Source: Rhodospirillaceae bacterium (GTDB lineage Bacteria > Pseudomonadota > Alphaproteobacteria > Rhodospirillales > Rhodospirillaceae). From it: a stretch of DNA of 64,000 nucleotides. The stretch lies in NCBI GenBank assembly GCA_033763995.1, contig JANRJL010000056.1, forward strand, positions 45,718-109,717. Reading direction: 5' to 3'. Shown here piece by piece: positions 51,151 to 60,499 of the stretch (positions are counted from its first letter, which is position 1; the number at the start of each line of letters is the position of its first letter). The translations under genes were made by a program, and so were the position numbers. The notes beneath the pieces were generated by a model that did not search any database, was not told the origin of the DNA, and saw nothing but the letters and a program-made list of their open reading frames with translations.

Positions 51151-51762
51151 GTGCCTGACTCTGGCCTTGCGTGCCTTGGCGCGCGGCTTCGCGCCCAGCA
51201 ACCTCACAGCTTCCCGGCGACACGCGTCGAGAACCGCTTTGGCAGTTGCGGGCGTGTCCGCCGTGCGCGCGATGGTCACGCCCCCGATGCACAACGCCAG
51301 CACCGCCAGCGTGCGGGGATCCTGCGCGGCACCGGTCATGCCGCGCTTGAGTTGGCCCGCCAAATCTTCGACCACGTGGGTCAAGGCCGCGCGGCCCGCG
51401 TGGCCCGCTTTGTCGACGTCGCGCGACAGGCTCACCATGGGGCAGGTGGAGGCCACATGGGGCACCCGCGCGGGGTCGAGATAGTTGCCCAAGACCTCGA
51501 GCGCGCTGTCCATCAGCTCGCCGCGGGTTTCGCCGGGGCGCTGGGCGAGCATGCGATTGAAGGCCGGTTCCACCGCCAAGACATCGGCGAACAGCGCGGC
51601 CTTGGAGGCGAAGTGGGCATAAAAGCCGCCGCGCGTGAGGCCCGCCTTGGCCATGATCGTGTCGATGCCCACGCCGTCGTAGCCGTGGCGGCGAAATAAT
51701 TCGCCGGCGGCGTCGATAATTTTGCGGCGGCTTTGGTCTTTATGGGCCTTGGACAGGGGCAT
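51148..51762 (-). CDS. TetR/AcrR-family transcriptional regulator
   Basis: 204 aa. N-terminal HTH (RRKIIDAAGELFRRHGYDGVGIDTIMAKAGLTRGGFYAHF). Confidence 0.9.
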   Translation of the reverse strand: MPLSKAHKDQSRRKIIDAAGELFRRHGYDGVGIDTIMAKAGLTRGGFYAHFASKAALFADVLAVEPAFNRMLAQRPGETRGELMDSALEVLGNYLDPARVPHVASTCPMVSLSRDVDKAGHAGRAALTHVVEDLAGQLKRGMTGAAQDPRTLAVLALCIGGVTIARTADTPATAKAVLDACRREAVRLLGAKPRAKARKARVRH

Positions 51763-51824
51763 CGGTCACGTTTGGGGCATGGGTCGCTTTGGGGCGGAAA
51801 TAAGGCGGCCTGATCACAGGATTG

Positions 51825-51842
51825 TATGTTGATTAACATACC
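51825..51842. promoter_or_regulatory. Candidate TetR operator palindrome GTATGTT-GATT-AACATAC
   Basis: Perfect 7-bp inverted repeat in an AT-rich part of the 131-bp divergent spacer between the TetR gene and the GST-like gene. Confidence 0.3.
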
Positions 51843-51893
51843 ATAGTATACTTAACATTTTATCCGGTAGCGTCGAAATTCTGCGGGGGCAGG

Positions 51894-52643
51894 ATGAATC
51901 GAATCGAGCGCGTGGCGTTAACCGACCCGCGGCCGGCGCCGGTCCCGCGCGGGCTATCGCGCACCCGGCGCAGCCTGCCGCCGGAACTCATCCATGCCAT
52001 TGATCTGGAACGCCTGAGCTGGACCTTGCAGCTCAAGGGCGTGCCCGCCGCCCACGTCGCCATGATCGCGCGGCCGCGCCGCATGGGCGTGTGCCTGCGC
52101 CCGCCGGAATCCCTCGCTCCCGGCCCGGTGCTGGGCCTCGGCACGGCGCTGAGCGAAATCGACCGGCTGTGGCCGGCGCCTAGTTTGTCCCCACGCGAGC
52201 CCGGCTTGCGGACCCGCGCCCAGGCCATCGAGCGTTGGCTGGCGGGCGAGGTCGCCGCCAGCGTGCTGCTGAGCCTGGTGCAGGTGGTGGGTGGGCGGCG
52301 GCGGGGTCAACAGGCCGCGGCGCATCAGTTGATCATGGACCCCGCGAGCGCCGATGTGATCCGGCGCGCCTTCGACCTCATTTCGGGGCTGACGCAACGC
52401 CACGCTTATGTGCTGGGCGATGAATTGAGTTTCGTCGACCTGACGGCGGCGGCCGTGCTGGCGCCCATCGCGCGCAAGGAGGGGTGGGTGTGGGCCGGAC
52501 ATGGATGGCCGCCGCTATCGGCCGTGGCGGGGCGTTGCGAGCTGGCCCAGCATCGCGGCGCGGCGTGGGTGCGCGGCATTTACGAGCGCCACGCCCGGCA
52601 GCGCGTCGTCACGCCGCACAGCTCGCACAGTTGGTTGCCGTAA
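51894..52643 (+). CDS. Divergent glutathione S-transferase-like protein
   Basis: 249 aa. Weak GST-like pattern: LKGVPAAHV...PVLGLGTALSEIDRL in the N-domain position, and LGDELSFVDLTAAAVLAPI in the C-domain. Arg-rich and unusual, so the coding status is only moderately supported. Confidence 0.45.
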   Translation: MNRIERVALTDPRPAPVPRGLSRTRRSLPPELIHAIDLERLSWTLQLKGVPAAHVAMIARPRRMGVCLRPPESLAPGPVLGLGTALSEIDRLWPAPSLSPREPGLRTRAQAIERWLAGEVAASVLLSLVQVVGGRRRGQQAAAHQLIMDPASADVIRRAFDLISGLTQRHAYVLGDELSFVDLTAAAVLAPIARKEGWVWAGHGWPPLSAVAGRCELAQHRGAAWVRGIYERHARQRVVTPHSSHSWLP

Positions 52644-52644
52644 A

Positions 52645-53157
52645 TCAGCGCGGGCGCTTCAGCATCACGTAGAGCGCGCCGCCGCGCGAAGAGGGGGCGT
52701 CCATCGTCGCCCAGATCAAACCCCGCAGCGGCGCCGAATTCAGCCAGTGTCCCAGCTCCGCTTTGATGCGCCCGCCGCCCGTCGGACTCCCCTTGCCGCT
52801 GATCACCAGCACGCAGCGCGCGCCGCGTGACGCTTGCGCGCGCAGGAAGGATGTGAGCGCGCCGTGGGCCTGGGCCAGCGTCAAGCCGTGGAGATCGAGC
52901 GTGGCGTCGCACGGGATTTTTCCCCGGCGCAATTTCTTGGCGGTTTGCGTGTCGGCGATGGGAATGGGCGACGGCCCCGCAGCACGCGCCGGCACGTGCG
53001 GCACCGCGCGCCAGTGTGCCGCCTGCGGCATTGGCTCGGCGTGAAGCTGCGCTGGGGTTTCATCGCGCGCCGGGTGGCGATGCAGCGGCGTGATGCCGCG
53101 CGTCACATGGGCCCACACCCGCCGATCATCGGCGGATAAAGAATGCCTGTCCTTCAC
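52645..53157 (-). CDS. Smr-domain protein
   Basis: 170 aa. C-terminal Smr domain (TLDLHGLTLAQAHGALTSFLRAQASRGARCVLVISGKG). Confidence 0.85.
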   Translation of the reverse strand: MKDRHSLSADDRRVWAHVTRGITPLHRHPARDETPAQLHAEPMPQAAHWRAVPHVPARAAGPSPIPIADTQTAKKLRRGKIPCDATLDLHGLTLAQAHGALTSFLRAQASRGARCVLVISGKGSPTGGGRIKAELGHWLNSAPLRGLIWATMDAPSSRGGALYVMLKRPR

Positions 53158-53165
53158 GGCCCGGC

Positions 53166-53774
53166 TTACATGTTGATATCTTCAACGGGCTTGTCGGATT
53201 TGTCTTTCGGATCGGGCGGCAGCGGCTTGTTGAACGACGAGTAAACCTCAAGCCCCTCGATTTCCATTTCCGGCAGATAGCGCGTGACGAAGGCGCGCCA
53301 ATCGCCGTCGGGCGACACGCAGCGGGTCTTGTTCATGAAATTGAGCGTCAGCACCAGCCCGCCCAGTTTCCACAGAATGTTCCAGTTGTGCAGATTGTCC
53401 ACGGCGGCGTCGATGGCGCGGCGATAGACGCGCTGCGAAATCCACGGGCGCACCACGAACAGATAGAACAACACGCTGAACACCATCACCGCCGTGCCGA
53501 CCATCAAGTGCACGACGAACATGATGACCAGCGAGCCCACCAGCAGGATCAACAGGGGCGCCACGTTTTCCCAGGCGTTGAAAATCGGCGAGCGCGGATG
53601 ATTGAGGCGGTCGAAGTCGACGTAAATGCCGACACGGTCGGCCTGATAGGATTCGATCAGCCGGGCATACAGCGCGCGGTCGCGCTTTTTCTCCGACTGC
53701 TTGGGCGTGCCCGTGGCTGTGGCGTTGGATGCGGCGGTGTTCATGGCGGTGTGTGAGCCCGGGTGGGCCGACAT
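53166..53774 (-). CDS. Membrane protein of unknown function
   Basis: 202 aa with two central TM helices (VAPLLILLVGSLVIMFVVHLMVGTAVMVFSVLFYLFVV). Lies between mltA and the Smr gene in an apparent operon. The start may be ATG 53744. Confidence 0.55.
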   Translation of the reverse strand: MSAHPGSHTAMNTAASNATATGTPKQSEKKRDRALYARLIESYQADRVGIYVDFDRLNHPRSPIFNAWENVAPLLILLVGSLVIMFVVHLMVGTAVMVFSVLFYLFVVRPWISQRVYRRAIDAAVDNLHNWNILWKLGGLVLTLNFMNKTRCVSPDGDWRAFVTRYLPEMEIEGLEVYSSFNKPLPPDPKDKSDKPVEDINM

Positions 53775-53837
53775 CAGAATCCTCTTAAGACCCTGAAAAA
53801 TAGCGCGAAATCGTTACCCGTTTCTAAACCCCTCGGG

Positions 53838-55124
53838 CTAGGGTTTGCCTTGGTTTTGAGCCGTTTTGGGCACCAGAGCAAAGTAGCGCCCGGGGCTTTT
53901 CATGCGCGCGGCCTTGGCGAAGGCGCCCTCGCCCGACCCCCAAAAGAAGTCGCCGCGCACCACACCGGTGATCGCCGCGCCCACGTCCTGGGCGACCATG
54001 AGGCGTTGCAGGGGCTCGCCGTCGGGCCCGGTGCTGTCGAGCCACAAGGGCGTGCCCAGGGGAATGTGCCGCCGGTCCACGGCCAGCGAGCGGCCGGGGG
54101 TGAGGGCGACGTTCTGCGCGCCGATGGGCCCGTCGCCCTCGATGGCGCGGAAGAAAATGTAGCGCGCGTTGCGGTTCATCAGCTCGGCGGCCCGCGCGGG
54201 ATTCTTTTTCAGCCACTCGCGGATGGCGATCATGGACGCGTTGTCGCGGTCCACCGCGCCCTCGTCGATGAGGATGCGCCCCAGGCCGCGAAAGGCATGA
54301 CCGTTATGGCCGGCAAAGCCCACGCGCATCATGCGCCCGTCGGGCAGCGTCACCTGGCCGGACCCTTGGATGTGCAGAATGTGCGCGTCCACCGCGTCGT
54401 CGACCCAGGCGATGACCTCGCTTTGGCCGGCGATGGCATCGGCCCCGTCGATATCGGCGCGCGTGAAATAGGGCTTCAAGCGTCCGTTCACGGCGCGGCC
54501 CACCACGGTCGCGGGCACGTCGGCGCGCTCCAGCGTCGCGGCCGGAATGAAATCGCGCAAGACGACGTTGATCAAGTCGCGCGGCAAGCCATAGAGCGGC
54601 ACCTGATAGGGCCCCTCGCGCGTTAACGACCCGCGTAAAGTTGCTTCATAGTAGCCGGTGAACAGCCCATCGGCTTTTTCGCCGTCGCCGACGCCGTAAG
54701 GAACGAACGCATCCATCAGCGCTTGGCGAAAAGCGCCCGGCTCACGCGGTGCGGCGAGCACACGCTCGCAGGCCGCGCGCCAGTCGGATTTGGAAATCTC
54801 GAGCGATCCGATGCGGTCGGTTTTCTCGCTGTCGGTGTTGGCGGACGCCGCGGCCGCAAGGCGCGCGCAGCTTTTTTCGAGCGCCGGGCGCGCCTCCAAG
54901 AGCGCGTCCTCGGACCAGCCCGGCAGGTCGGAAAAGGCGCGCGGCGTGAGGGTCAATGCCGGGGGCGGGGCGGGCGGCGGCCCCGGCGGCGGGGCCACGG
55001 GGCGCGCGAGCCAATAGGTCAGCGCGGAGCCCAGGCCGAGTCCGATCAGAAGCGTGAGCGCGTATCGCAGGAGTGTCGTCGGCGATGTCGTCACGGGGGC
55101 CAAGTGTCGACGCGGCAAGTCCAA
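53838..55124 (-). CDS. mltA: Membrane-bound lytic murein transglycosylase A
   Basis: 428 aa. MltA-specific and 3D domains (FTGYYEATLRGS, GRMMRVGFAGHNGHAF, LAVDRRHIPLGTPLWL, MVAQDVGAAITG). Confidence 0.9.
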   Translation of the reverse strand: MDLPRRHLAPVTTSPTTLLRYALTLLIGLGLGSALTYWLARPVAPPPGPPPAPPPALTLTPRAFSDLPGWSEDALLEARPALEKSCARLAAAASANTDSEKTDRIGSLEISKSDWRAACERVLAAPREPGAFRQALMDAFVPYGVGDGEKADGLFTGYYEATLRGSLTREGPYQVPLYGLPRDLINVVLRDFIPAATLERADVPATVVGRAVNGRLKPYFTRADIDGADAIAGQSEVIAWVDDAVDAHILHIQGSGQVTLPDGRMMRVGFAGHNGHAFRGLGRILIDEGAVDRDNASMIAIREWLKKNPARAAELMNRNARYIFFRAIEGDGPIGAQNVALTPGRSLAVDRRHIPLGTPLWLDSTGPDGEPLQRLMVAQDVGAAITGVVRGDFFWGSGEGAFAKAARMKSPGRYFALVPKTAQNQGKP

Positions 55125-55127
55125 GCG

Positions 55128-55832
55128 CTAGTCGACGCTGCGCGTGGCCACCAGGGTCCAGTTGGGATCGGGACTGCGGGTGTCGCGCGAGAAGGTCCAG
55201 ATATCGGTGATGCTCTCGACATGATCGGCCGAGCCCTCGACGACCTGGCCCGTGGCGTTTTTCACCACGTTGGATTGCTCGCTTTGGAACATGACCGAGA
55301 CGTTGGCGACGGAGCCGCGCATCTCGACCGCGTCGATCTTGGGGGGCTTCAGGACCACCAGTTCCGTGTGCAACGTTTCGCCGCGCTCCTCGCGGCCCTG
55401 AATGGCATTGGCGAACTGCGCGTAAACGTCGGGGCTGAGCAGCGGACGTAATGCATCAGTGTCGTTCTTGGCGTAAGCCGTGATGATCATCTCGAAGGCC
55501 TGCGCCGCACCGCGCAAAAACTCCTCGGCCGAGAAGGACGGATCGGCCGCCTTCAGCATCACCATGCCGGGCTCAAGAGGCGTGCCGACATACGCGGGTT
55601 CGATGTCGGTGTTTTGCGCGCGGCGGCGGCCGAGACCCGTGGGCAGCGAAACGATGTTGTCCGCGCCCGCGCCGCGCGCGGCGGGCGTGCCCGGCACGGC
55701 GGGACCCGCGGCGGGTCCGTCGCGATCGGGCTCGTGCCCGGTGCGGCGGCCCAGCACGCTGCGCAAGCGCAGCACGATGAACCCCGCCACCATGGCGAGA
55801 AGGATAATGTCGATGAACTGGAAGCCTTCCAT
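55128..55832 (-). CDS. Tim44-like domain protein
   Basis: 234 aa. N-terminal TM segment (FIDIILLAMVAGFIVLRL), a Pro/Gly-rich linker and a C-terminal Tim44-like fold (FLRGAAQAFEMIITAYAKND...WTFSRD). Conserved neighbour of secB and mltA in alphaproteobacteria. Confidence 0.85.
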   Translation of the reverse strand: MEGFQFIDIILLAMVAGFIVLRLRSVLGRRTGHEPDRDGPAAGPAVPGTPAARGAGADNIVSLPTGLGRRRAQNTDIEPAYVGTPLEPGMVMLKAADPSFSAEEFLRGAAQAFEMIITAYAKNDTDALRPLLSPDVYAQFANAIQGREERGETLHTELVVLKPPKIDAVEMRGSVANVSVMFQSEQSNVVKNATGQVVEGSADHVESITDIWTFSRDTRSPDPNWTLVATRSVD

Positions 55833-56139
55833 GGATTCACTTTGACCTTGTGCCGGGAAGCCGCGACCGCCGCCGCGCCGCGCGAGCGGGACCGGGATGA
55901 GGCGGATTCAACATAGGCTCTTGACCCCAAAAGGGCAAGGCGAGGGCCCAACGACGGCACGCGCCCGACGGCCTTGCCGCGGGTCCACGGCAAGGCGTCC
56001 GGCAAGCGATTTTGCCTCTGCTTGTAAGGGGTTGCGAAGCGTGTTACCTCCCCGCTGCTTTCGCGATGACCCTCGCCGTTGCGGCGATGATCGAGGCCGG
56101 TTCCCGCAGCTTTCGGGGTTTCATTTTCTTCCCAATCGG

Positions 56140-56670
56140 ATGTCAGACATGAGCGACAGTTCAGCCACCGGCGCGGCCGCGCCCCAGGTCGAGGCCCCCG
56201 TCATGCCCTTGCGGTTCCTGGGGCAATACATCCGCGACCTGTCGTTCGAGGTGCCCAACGCCCCCTCGGTGTTCAACGAGGTGCGCAAGTACGCGCCGGA
56301 GATTCCCGTCAGCATCGACACCGCCGTTCGCCACCTGGGCGCCAACCACTTCGAGGTGTCGCTGACGATCAATATCGAGGCCACGGTCAATCATCGCCCG
56401 GCCTTCGTCGCCGAGATCGTCTATGCGGCGGTGATTGAAGTGGACGAGCGCGTCATTCCGCAAGAGCAGTTGCACGCCGTGCTCCTGATCGAGGTGCCGC
56501 GCCACCTGTTCCCCTTCGTGCGGCAAATTGTCGGCGATGTGACGGTCGGCGGCGGGTTCCCGCCGTTGATGCTGCAAATGGTCGATTTCGTGGAAATGTA
56601 TCGCCGCAAGTTCGGCGACCAGCCGCAGACCATCGAGCGCAAGCCCGCGCCGCAAGCGGCTACGGCTTAG
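56140..56670 (+). CDS. secB: Protein-export chaperone SecB
   Basis: ATG 56140 gives MSDMSDSSATGAAAPQVEAPVMPLRFLGQYIRDLSFEVPNAP. Has LLIEVPRHLFPFVRQIV. The track ORF from 55897 is over-extended. Confidence 0.93.
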   Translation: MSDMSDSSATGAAAPQVEAPVMPLRFLGQYIRDLSFEVPNAPSVFNEVRKYAPEIPVSIDTAVRHLGANHFEVSLTINIEATVNHRPAFVAEIVYAAVIEVDERVIPQEQLHAVLLIEVPRHLFPFVRQIVGDVTVGGGFPPLMLQMVDFVEMYRRKFGDQPQTIERKPAPQAATA

Positions 56671-56690
56671 GCGCTAGAGCGTCGTGCGGG

Positions 56691-56780
56691 AAAGTGGGAA
56701 CCGGTTTTCCGCAACAACGACGCGACCAAACAATGACATAGAGCAAGCAGCCCGATTCCAGCTTAACGCTGCTTGCTCTA
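56691..56780. repeat. Dispersed intergenic repeat, copy C (variant core), with a perfect 13-bp terminal hairpin
   Basis: AAAGTGGGAACCGGTTTTCCGCAACAACGACGCGACCAAACAATGACA followed by TAGAGCAAGCAGC (56739..56751), a 16-nt loop and GCTGCTTGCTCTA (56768..56780). The right arm contains the dnaQ stop codon (CTA 56778..56780). Confidence 0.75.
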
Positions 56781-57470
56781 AGACGTCTTCGCGTCGGCTT
56801 TGAGCCAGATTGGGTTTTTAAGTTTCGCCATAAACGCTTGGTGAGCCGCGATCTCGTCGGCCGTTGGCGCGTGGGGGCGAACGGGACGCACGGGCCGAGC
56901 CTCGGCGGGGCGCAAGTCCGTCTTGGGCGCGGCGTTGGCCAGCAGCGACAGCCCCGGTTCGCGCCCGCCGATGAGCTCCAGATAGACCTTGGCCAAGAGT
57001 TGCGCGTCGATCAGCGCGCCGTGCTTGGCGCGGCCCGAGAGGTCGATGTTGAAGCGCCGGCAGAGCGCGTCGAGGCTCGCCTGCGCGCCCGGAAACTTGC
57101 GCCGCGCCAGGAGCACGGTGTCGATGGCGCGCTCGAGCGAAAAGGCCTGGCGGCCGACGCGCTTCAGCTCGGCGTTGACGAAACCCAAATCGAACCCGGC
57201 GTTGTGCGCCACGATCGGCGCGTCGTCGACGAAGGCCAGGAATTCGTCGACGATGGCGGCGAACAGCGGCTTGCCCGTGACGAACTCGGTGGTGAGCCCG
57301 CTCACGGCGGCGGCCTCCTCGGGCACGTCGCGCTCGGGGTCGAGGTATTGCTGATAGGTGCGCCCCGTCGGCATGTGGTTGATCAATTCCACGCAGCCGA
57401 TTTCGATGACGCGGTGGCCGTTGAGGGGATCAAGCCCGGTGGTTTCGGTGTCGAGAACGATTTCGCGCAT
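56778..57470 (-). CDS. dnaQ: DNA polymerase III epsilon subunit (3'-5' proofreading exonuclease)
   Basis: 230 aa. Exo I (IVLDTETTGL), Exo II (VAHNAGFDLGF) and Exo III (HGALIDAQLLAKVY). Confidence 0.95.
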   Translation of the reverse strand: MREIVLDTETTGLDPLNGHRVIEIGCVELINHMPTGRTYQQYLDPERDVPEEAAAVSGLTTEFVTGKPLFAAIVDEFLAFVDDAPIVAHNAGFDLGFVNAELKRVGRQAFSLERAIDTVLLARRKFPGAQASLDALCRRFNIDLSGRAKHGALIDAQLLAKVYLELIGGREPGLSLLANAAPKTDLRPAEARPVRPVRPHAPTADEIAAHQAFMAKLKNPIWLKADAKTS

Positions 57471-57475
57471 GGGGT

Positions 57476-58102
57476 TCAGTTTATCCGCTTTCGCACGCGG
57501 CGCAGGGTTTTTTTGAGACGACGATAGGTGTCCGCCCGGCCCAGGCCGCTGGGGATGATCACATCGGCGCGCCGGCGTTTTTGAAAATCGGGAACTTGGC
57601 GGGCCAGAACGCCCCGCAATCGCTCAGCCGTCATGCCCGGGCGCGCCAGGGCTCGTTGCCGCTGCAGGAACGCGGGCGCGGTGACAACAATGACGACGTC
57701 GCATTTTTTTTCCGCCGCCGTCTCGAACAGCAGCGGGATATCGAACACCACGACCGGTTCGCGCCATCGTGTCGCTTGGGCCATGAACGTTTTGCGGGCG
57801 GCGTGAACGTGCGGATGAACGATGCGCTCGAGGGCGGCGAGTTCGCCGGGCGCGCCAAAGACCTGCGCGGCGAGGGTTGGCCGGTCGATGTGGCCGTTTT
57901 TCATCACGCCGGGAAATCGGGCCGCGACGTGTGCCACGGCCGCACCGCCCGGCGCGGTAACGGCCCGCGCGGCGGCGTCGGAATCGAACACCGGCACGCC
58001 GAGACGGCGCAACATCTGGGCCGCCGTGGACTTGCCCATGGCGATGGAGCCCGTGAGGCCGAGGATGCGTGGGGCGCGGGCGCGCGGACGGCGAACTTTC
58101 AT
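57476..58102 (-). CDS. coaE: Dephospho-CoA kinase
   Basis: ATG 58102 overlaps the aroE stop (ATGA). ILGLTGSIAMGKST P-loop. The track ORF to 58159 is over-extended. Confidence 0.92.
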   Translation of the reverse strand: MKVRRPRARAPRILGLTGSIAMGKSTAAQMLRRLGVPVFDSDAAARAVTAPGGAAVAHVAARFPGVMKNGHIDRPTLAAQVFGAPGELAALERIVHPHVHAARKTFMAQATRWREPVVVFDIPLLFETAAEKKCDVVIVVTAPAFLQRQRALARPGMTAERLRGVLARQVPDFQKRRRADVIIPSGLGRADTYRRLKKTLRRVRKRIN

Positions 58103-58953
58103 GATGCAAGCACGTGGACGCGCAGCTCGGCCGTTACCTCGGGCTTGACGCCGAACCAACCCTCGAAGCCCGCCTGGGCCTGATAGAGCAACATGCCGAG
58201 CCCATCGACGACGCGGTGGCCGCGCGCGCGCGCCGCAGCCAGCAGCGGTGTTTCCAGGGGCGAATAAACCAAGTCCGTGACCAGCGCGGTTTTCGGCAAC
58301 GGGGTGAGATCAAGATCCAGCGGCGGTTGGCCGCTCATGCCCAGACTTGTGGCGTTCACGACCAGGGCCGCATCGGCCATGGCGCGCGCAAGATCGTTCC
58401 ACGCCACGGCGGAGACCACGGGCGCCCATTCGGACGCCAGCGCCTGAGCCTTCGCAGACGTGCGATTGGCCACGCGCACAGCCGGACAGCCCGCGTCTCG
58501 CAGGGCTACGCAAACGGCACGCGCGGCGCCGCCCGCACCGATGACAAGCACCGGGCCCGCGTTGGCATCGAACCCGCCCGGGGAGCGATTCAGGTTTTCC
58601 AGAAAGCCAAAAGCATCGGTATTGGTGCCGTGCAGCGTTCCGTCGGGCCGCACAAAGATGGTGTTGATGGCCCCGATGGCCCGCGCCGTGGGGCTGATGT
58701 CGTCGACAATCTTCAGTGCGGCTTCCTTGTGCGGCACGGTCAAGTTCACGCCCGCGAACCCCAACGCCGGCAGGGCGCGCAAAGCGGTTGCCAGATTCTC
58801 CGGCTTCACGGGCAGCGGCACATAGGCGCCGTCGATGTTGTGGGCCCGCAGCCAGAAGCCGTGCAGTGCCGGAGACTTGGAATGGCCCACGGGCCAGCCC
58901 ATGACGCCGGCCACTTTGGCCTTGCCGGAAATCGGGTGGGGCGCGCTGCTCAC
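58099..58953 (-). CDS. aroE: Shikimate 5-dehydrogenase
   Basis: 284 aa. GWPVGHSKSPALHGFW, NLTVPHKE and GAGGAARAV Rossmann motif. Confidence 0.93.
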   Translation of the reverse strand: MSSAPHPISGKAKVAGVMGWPVGHSKSPALHGFWLRAHNIDGAYVPLPVKPENLATALRALPALGFAGVNLTVPHKEAALKIVDDISPTARAIGAINTIFVRPDGTLHGTNTDAFGFLENLNRSPGGFDANAGPVLVIGAGGAARAVCVALRDAGCPAVRVANRTSAKAQALASEWAPVVSAVAWNDLARAMADAALVVNATSLGMSGQPPLDLDLTPLPKTALVTDLVYSPLETPLLAAARARGHRVVDGLGMLLYQAQAGFEGWFGVKPEVTAELRVHVLAS

Positions 58954-58971
58954 GACAAAATGCTCACGGCT

Positions 58972-59568
58972 CTATGTTTTCAGAACGCCATGTTCGCGCA
59001 GAAACGCCAGCAACGGAAGCAGCGGCAAGCCCAGGACCGAGAAGAAATCACCCTCGATCTTGGTGAACAGCTGGCTGCCCGGGCCCTCGAGCTGATAGCC
59101 GCCGACGGAATGAAAGACGTTCTCGCCGACTTGGCCCAGATAGTCATCCAGAAAGCCGTCGCTGAAGGCGCGCATCGTGATGGCCGGGCTGTCGGCGAAA
59201 TGCCAGATCCGCGCGCCCCTCAAGGCCACGACAAGACTATTGACTAATCTGTGGGTCTTGCCGCGCAAGGTGAGCAACTGACGGCGCGCGGCGGCGCGGT
59301 CGGCGGGTTTGTCGAACCAAACACCCTCGCACTCCAGCATCTGATCGCCGCCGATCACCAGCGCCTCGGGGTGTCGCGCGGACACCGCGACGGCCTTCAT
59401 CTCGGCGAGTTTTTCGGCGCAGGCCGCGGCGCTGGCCCCGGCGTTGCGCAGGACGGTTTTTACCGCCTCTTCGTCCACGCCCGGTGCGGCTTGGTCGAAG
59501 ACCAGCCCGGCGTTGCGCAGCACCATGGCGCGGCTTTTGCTGGTGGAGGCGAGAATGACCTGGCGCAC
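58972..59568 (-). CDS. maf: Maf-family nucleoside triphosphate pyrophosphatase
   Basis: 198 aa. VILASTSKSRAMVL and GGYQLEG. Confidence 0.9.
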   Translation of the reverse strand: MRQVILASTSKSRAMVLRNAGLVFDQAAPGVDEEAVKTVLRNAGASAAACAEKLAEMKAVAVSARHPEALVIGGDQMLECEGVWFDKPADRAAARRQLLTLRGKTHRLVNSLVVALRGARIWHFADSPAITMRAFSDGFLDDYLGQVGENVFHSVGGYQLEGPGSQLFTKIEGDFFSVLGLPLLPLLAFLREHGVLKT

Positions 59569-59571
59569 AGT

Positions 59572-60411
59572 TTAGGTCGCCGCGTGGCGTTGATGATGCA
59601 GCTGAATGATCGTCGCCGCCGTTTCCTCGATGGAGCGGCGCGTGACGTCGATCACCGGCCAGCCGTGCTTGGTGAACAGCCGGCGCGATTCGGCCACTTC
59701 CTCGCGCACGTTGTCGATGTTGGCGTAATTTTCCCCGCGCGTGTCGTTCATGATGCGCAGGCGGCTTTGACGGATGTCGCTGAGACTCTTGGGCTCGCGC
59801 GTCAGGCCCACGATGAGGGGCTTGGCCGCGTGAACGATCTCGTCGGGCAACACCAGGCCCGGCACCAGCGGAATGTTGGCCACCTTGTAGCCGCGATTGG
59901 CGAGATACATGCAGGTGGGCGTCTTGGAGGTGCGCGACACGCCGATCAGGATGACGTCGGCCTCGGTCATGGTGGCCATGGATTGGCCGTCGTCGTGTTG
60001 CATGGCGAAGTGCATGGCGTCGATGCGCTGAAAGTAGCCGTCGTCCATGACGTGCTGGCGGCCGATCTCGCTGGAGGCCTCGCGCTTGAAGTAGCGCCCC
60101 AAGGCCTGCATGACGGGATCGAGCGCCGAGACGGCGGGAATTTTCAATTCGCGGCAGGCTTTTTCCAACAGCACGCGAACCTCGGAATCGAGCAGCGTGT
60201 AAATCACCAGGCCCGGCGATTGTCGGATGCCCTCGATGACGCGGCCCATTTGCCCGGCGGTCCGGATCAGCCACCACGAATGCTCGCTCACCGGCGTGCC
60301 TTCGTATTGCACCAAACACGCGCGCGCGATGTTGGTCACCGTCTCGCCCGACGAGTCGGAGACAAGATGCAAATTGTAAGGGGCCGGCGCGGGCTTGGGA
60401 TCGGTCAACAT
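59572..60411 (-). CDS. Pyruvate,phosphate/water dikinase regulatory protein family (DUF299, RP001-type) kinase/phosphorylase
   Basis: ATG 60411 gives MLTDPKPAPAPYNLHLVSDSSGETV. P-loop GVSRTSKTPTCMYLA. The track ORF to 60510 is over-extended. First gene of the conserved DUF299-maf-aroE-coaE-dnaQ cluster. Confidence 0.9.
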   Translation of the reverse strand: MLTDPKPAPAPYNLHLVSDSSGETVTNIARACLVQYEGTPVSEHSWWLIRTAGQMGRVIEGIRQSPGLVIYTLLDSEVRVLLEKACRELKIPAVSALDPVMQALGRYFKREASSEIGRQHVMDDGYFQRIDAMHFAMQHDDGQSMATMTEADVILIGVSRTSKTPTCMYLANRGYKVANIPLVPGLVLPDEIVHAAKPLIVGLTREPKSLSDIRQSRLRIMNDTRGENYANIDNVREEVAESRRLFTKHGWPVIDVTRRSIEETAATIIQLHHQRHAAT

Positions 60412-60499
60412 GACCTCATTTAGCCCTTGGGATGGAATAAGGACAACGGGGATAACACCCGGTTCTCCCCGATCTTCCAATAAATCACCCCGGCATGGC

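Noticed and set aside
53824-54216. Various 60-170-aa ORFs nested inside larger genes on either strand, including 570..977, 5161..5460, 23482..23988 and 57624..58109
   Set aside because: All lie wholly within well-supported genes and have Arg/Pro/Gly/Ala-biased composition typical of off-frame translation of GC-rich DNA. None has a recognisable motif.
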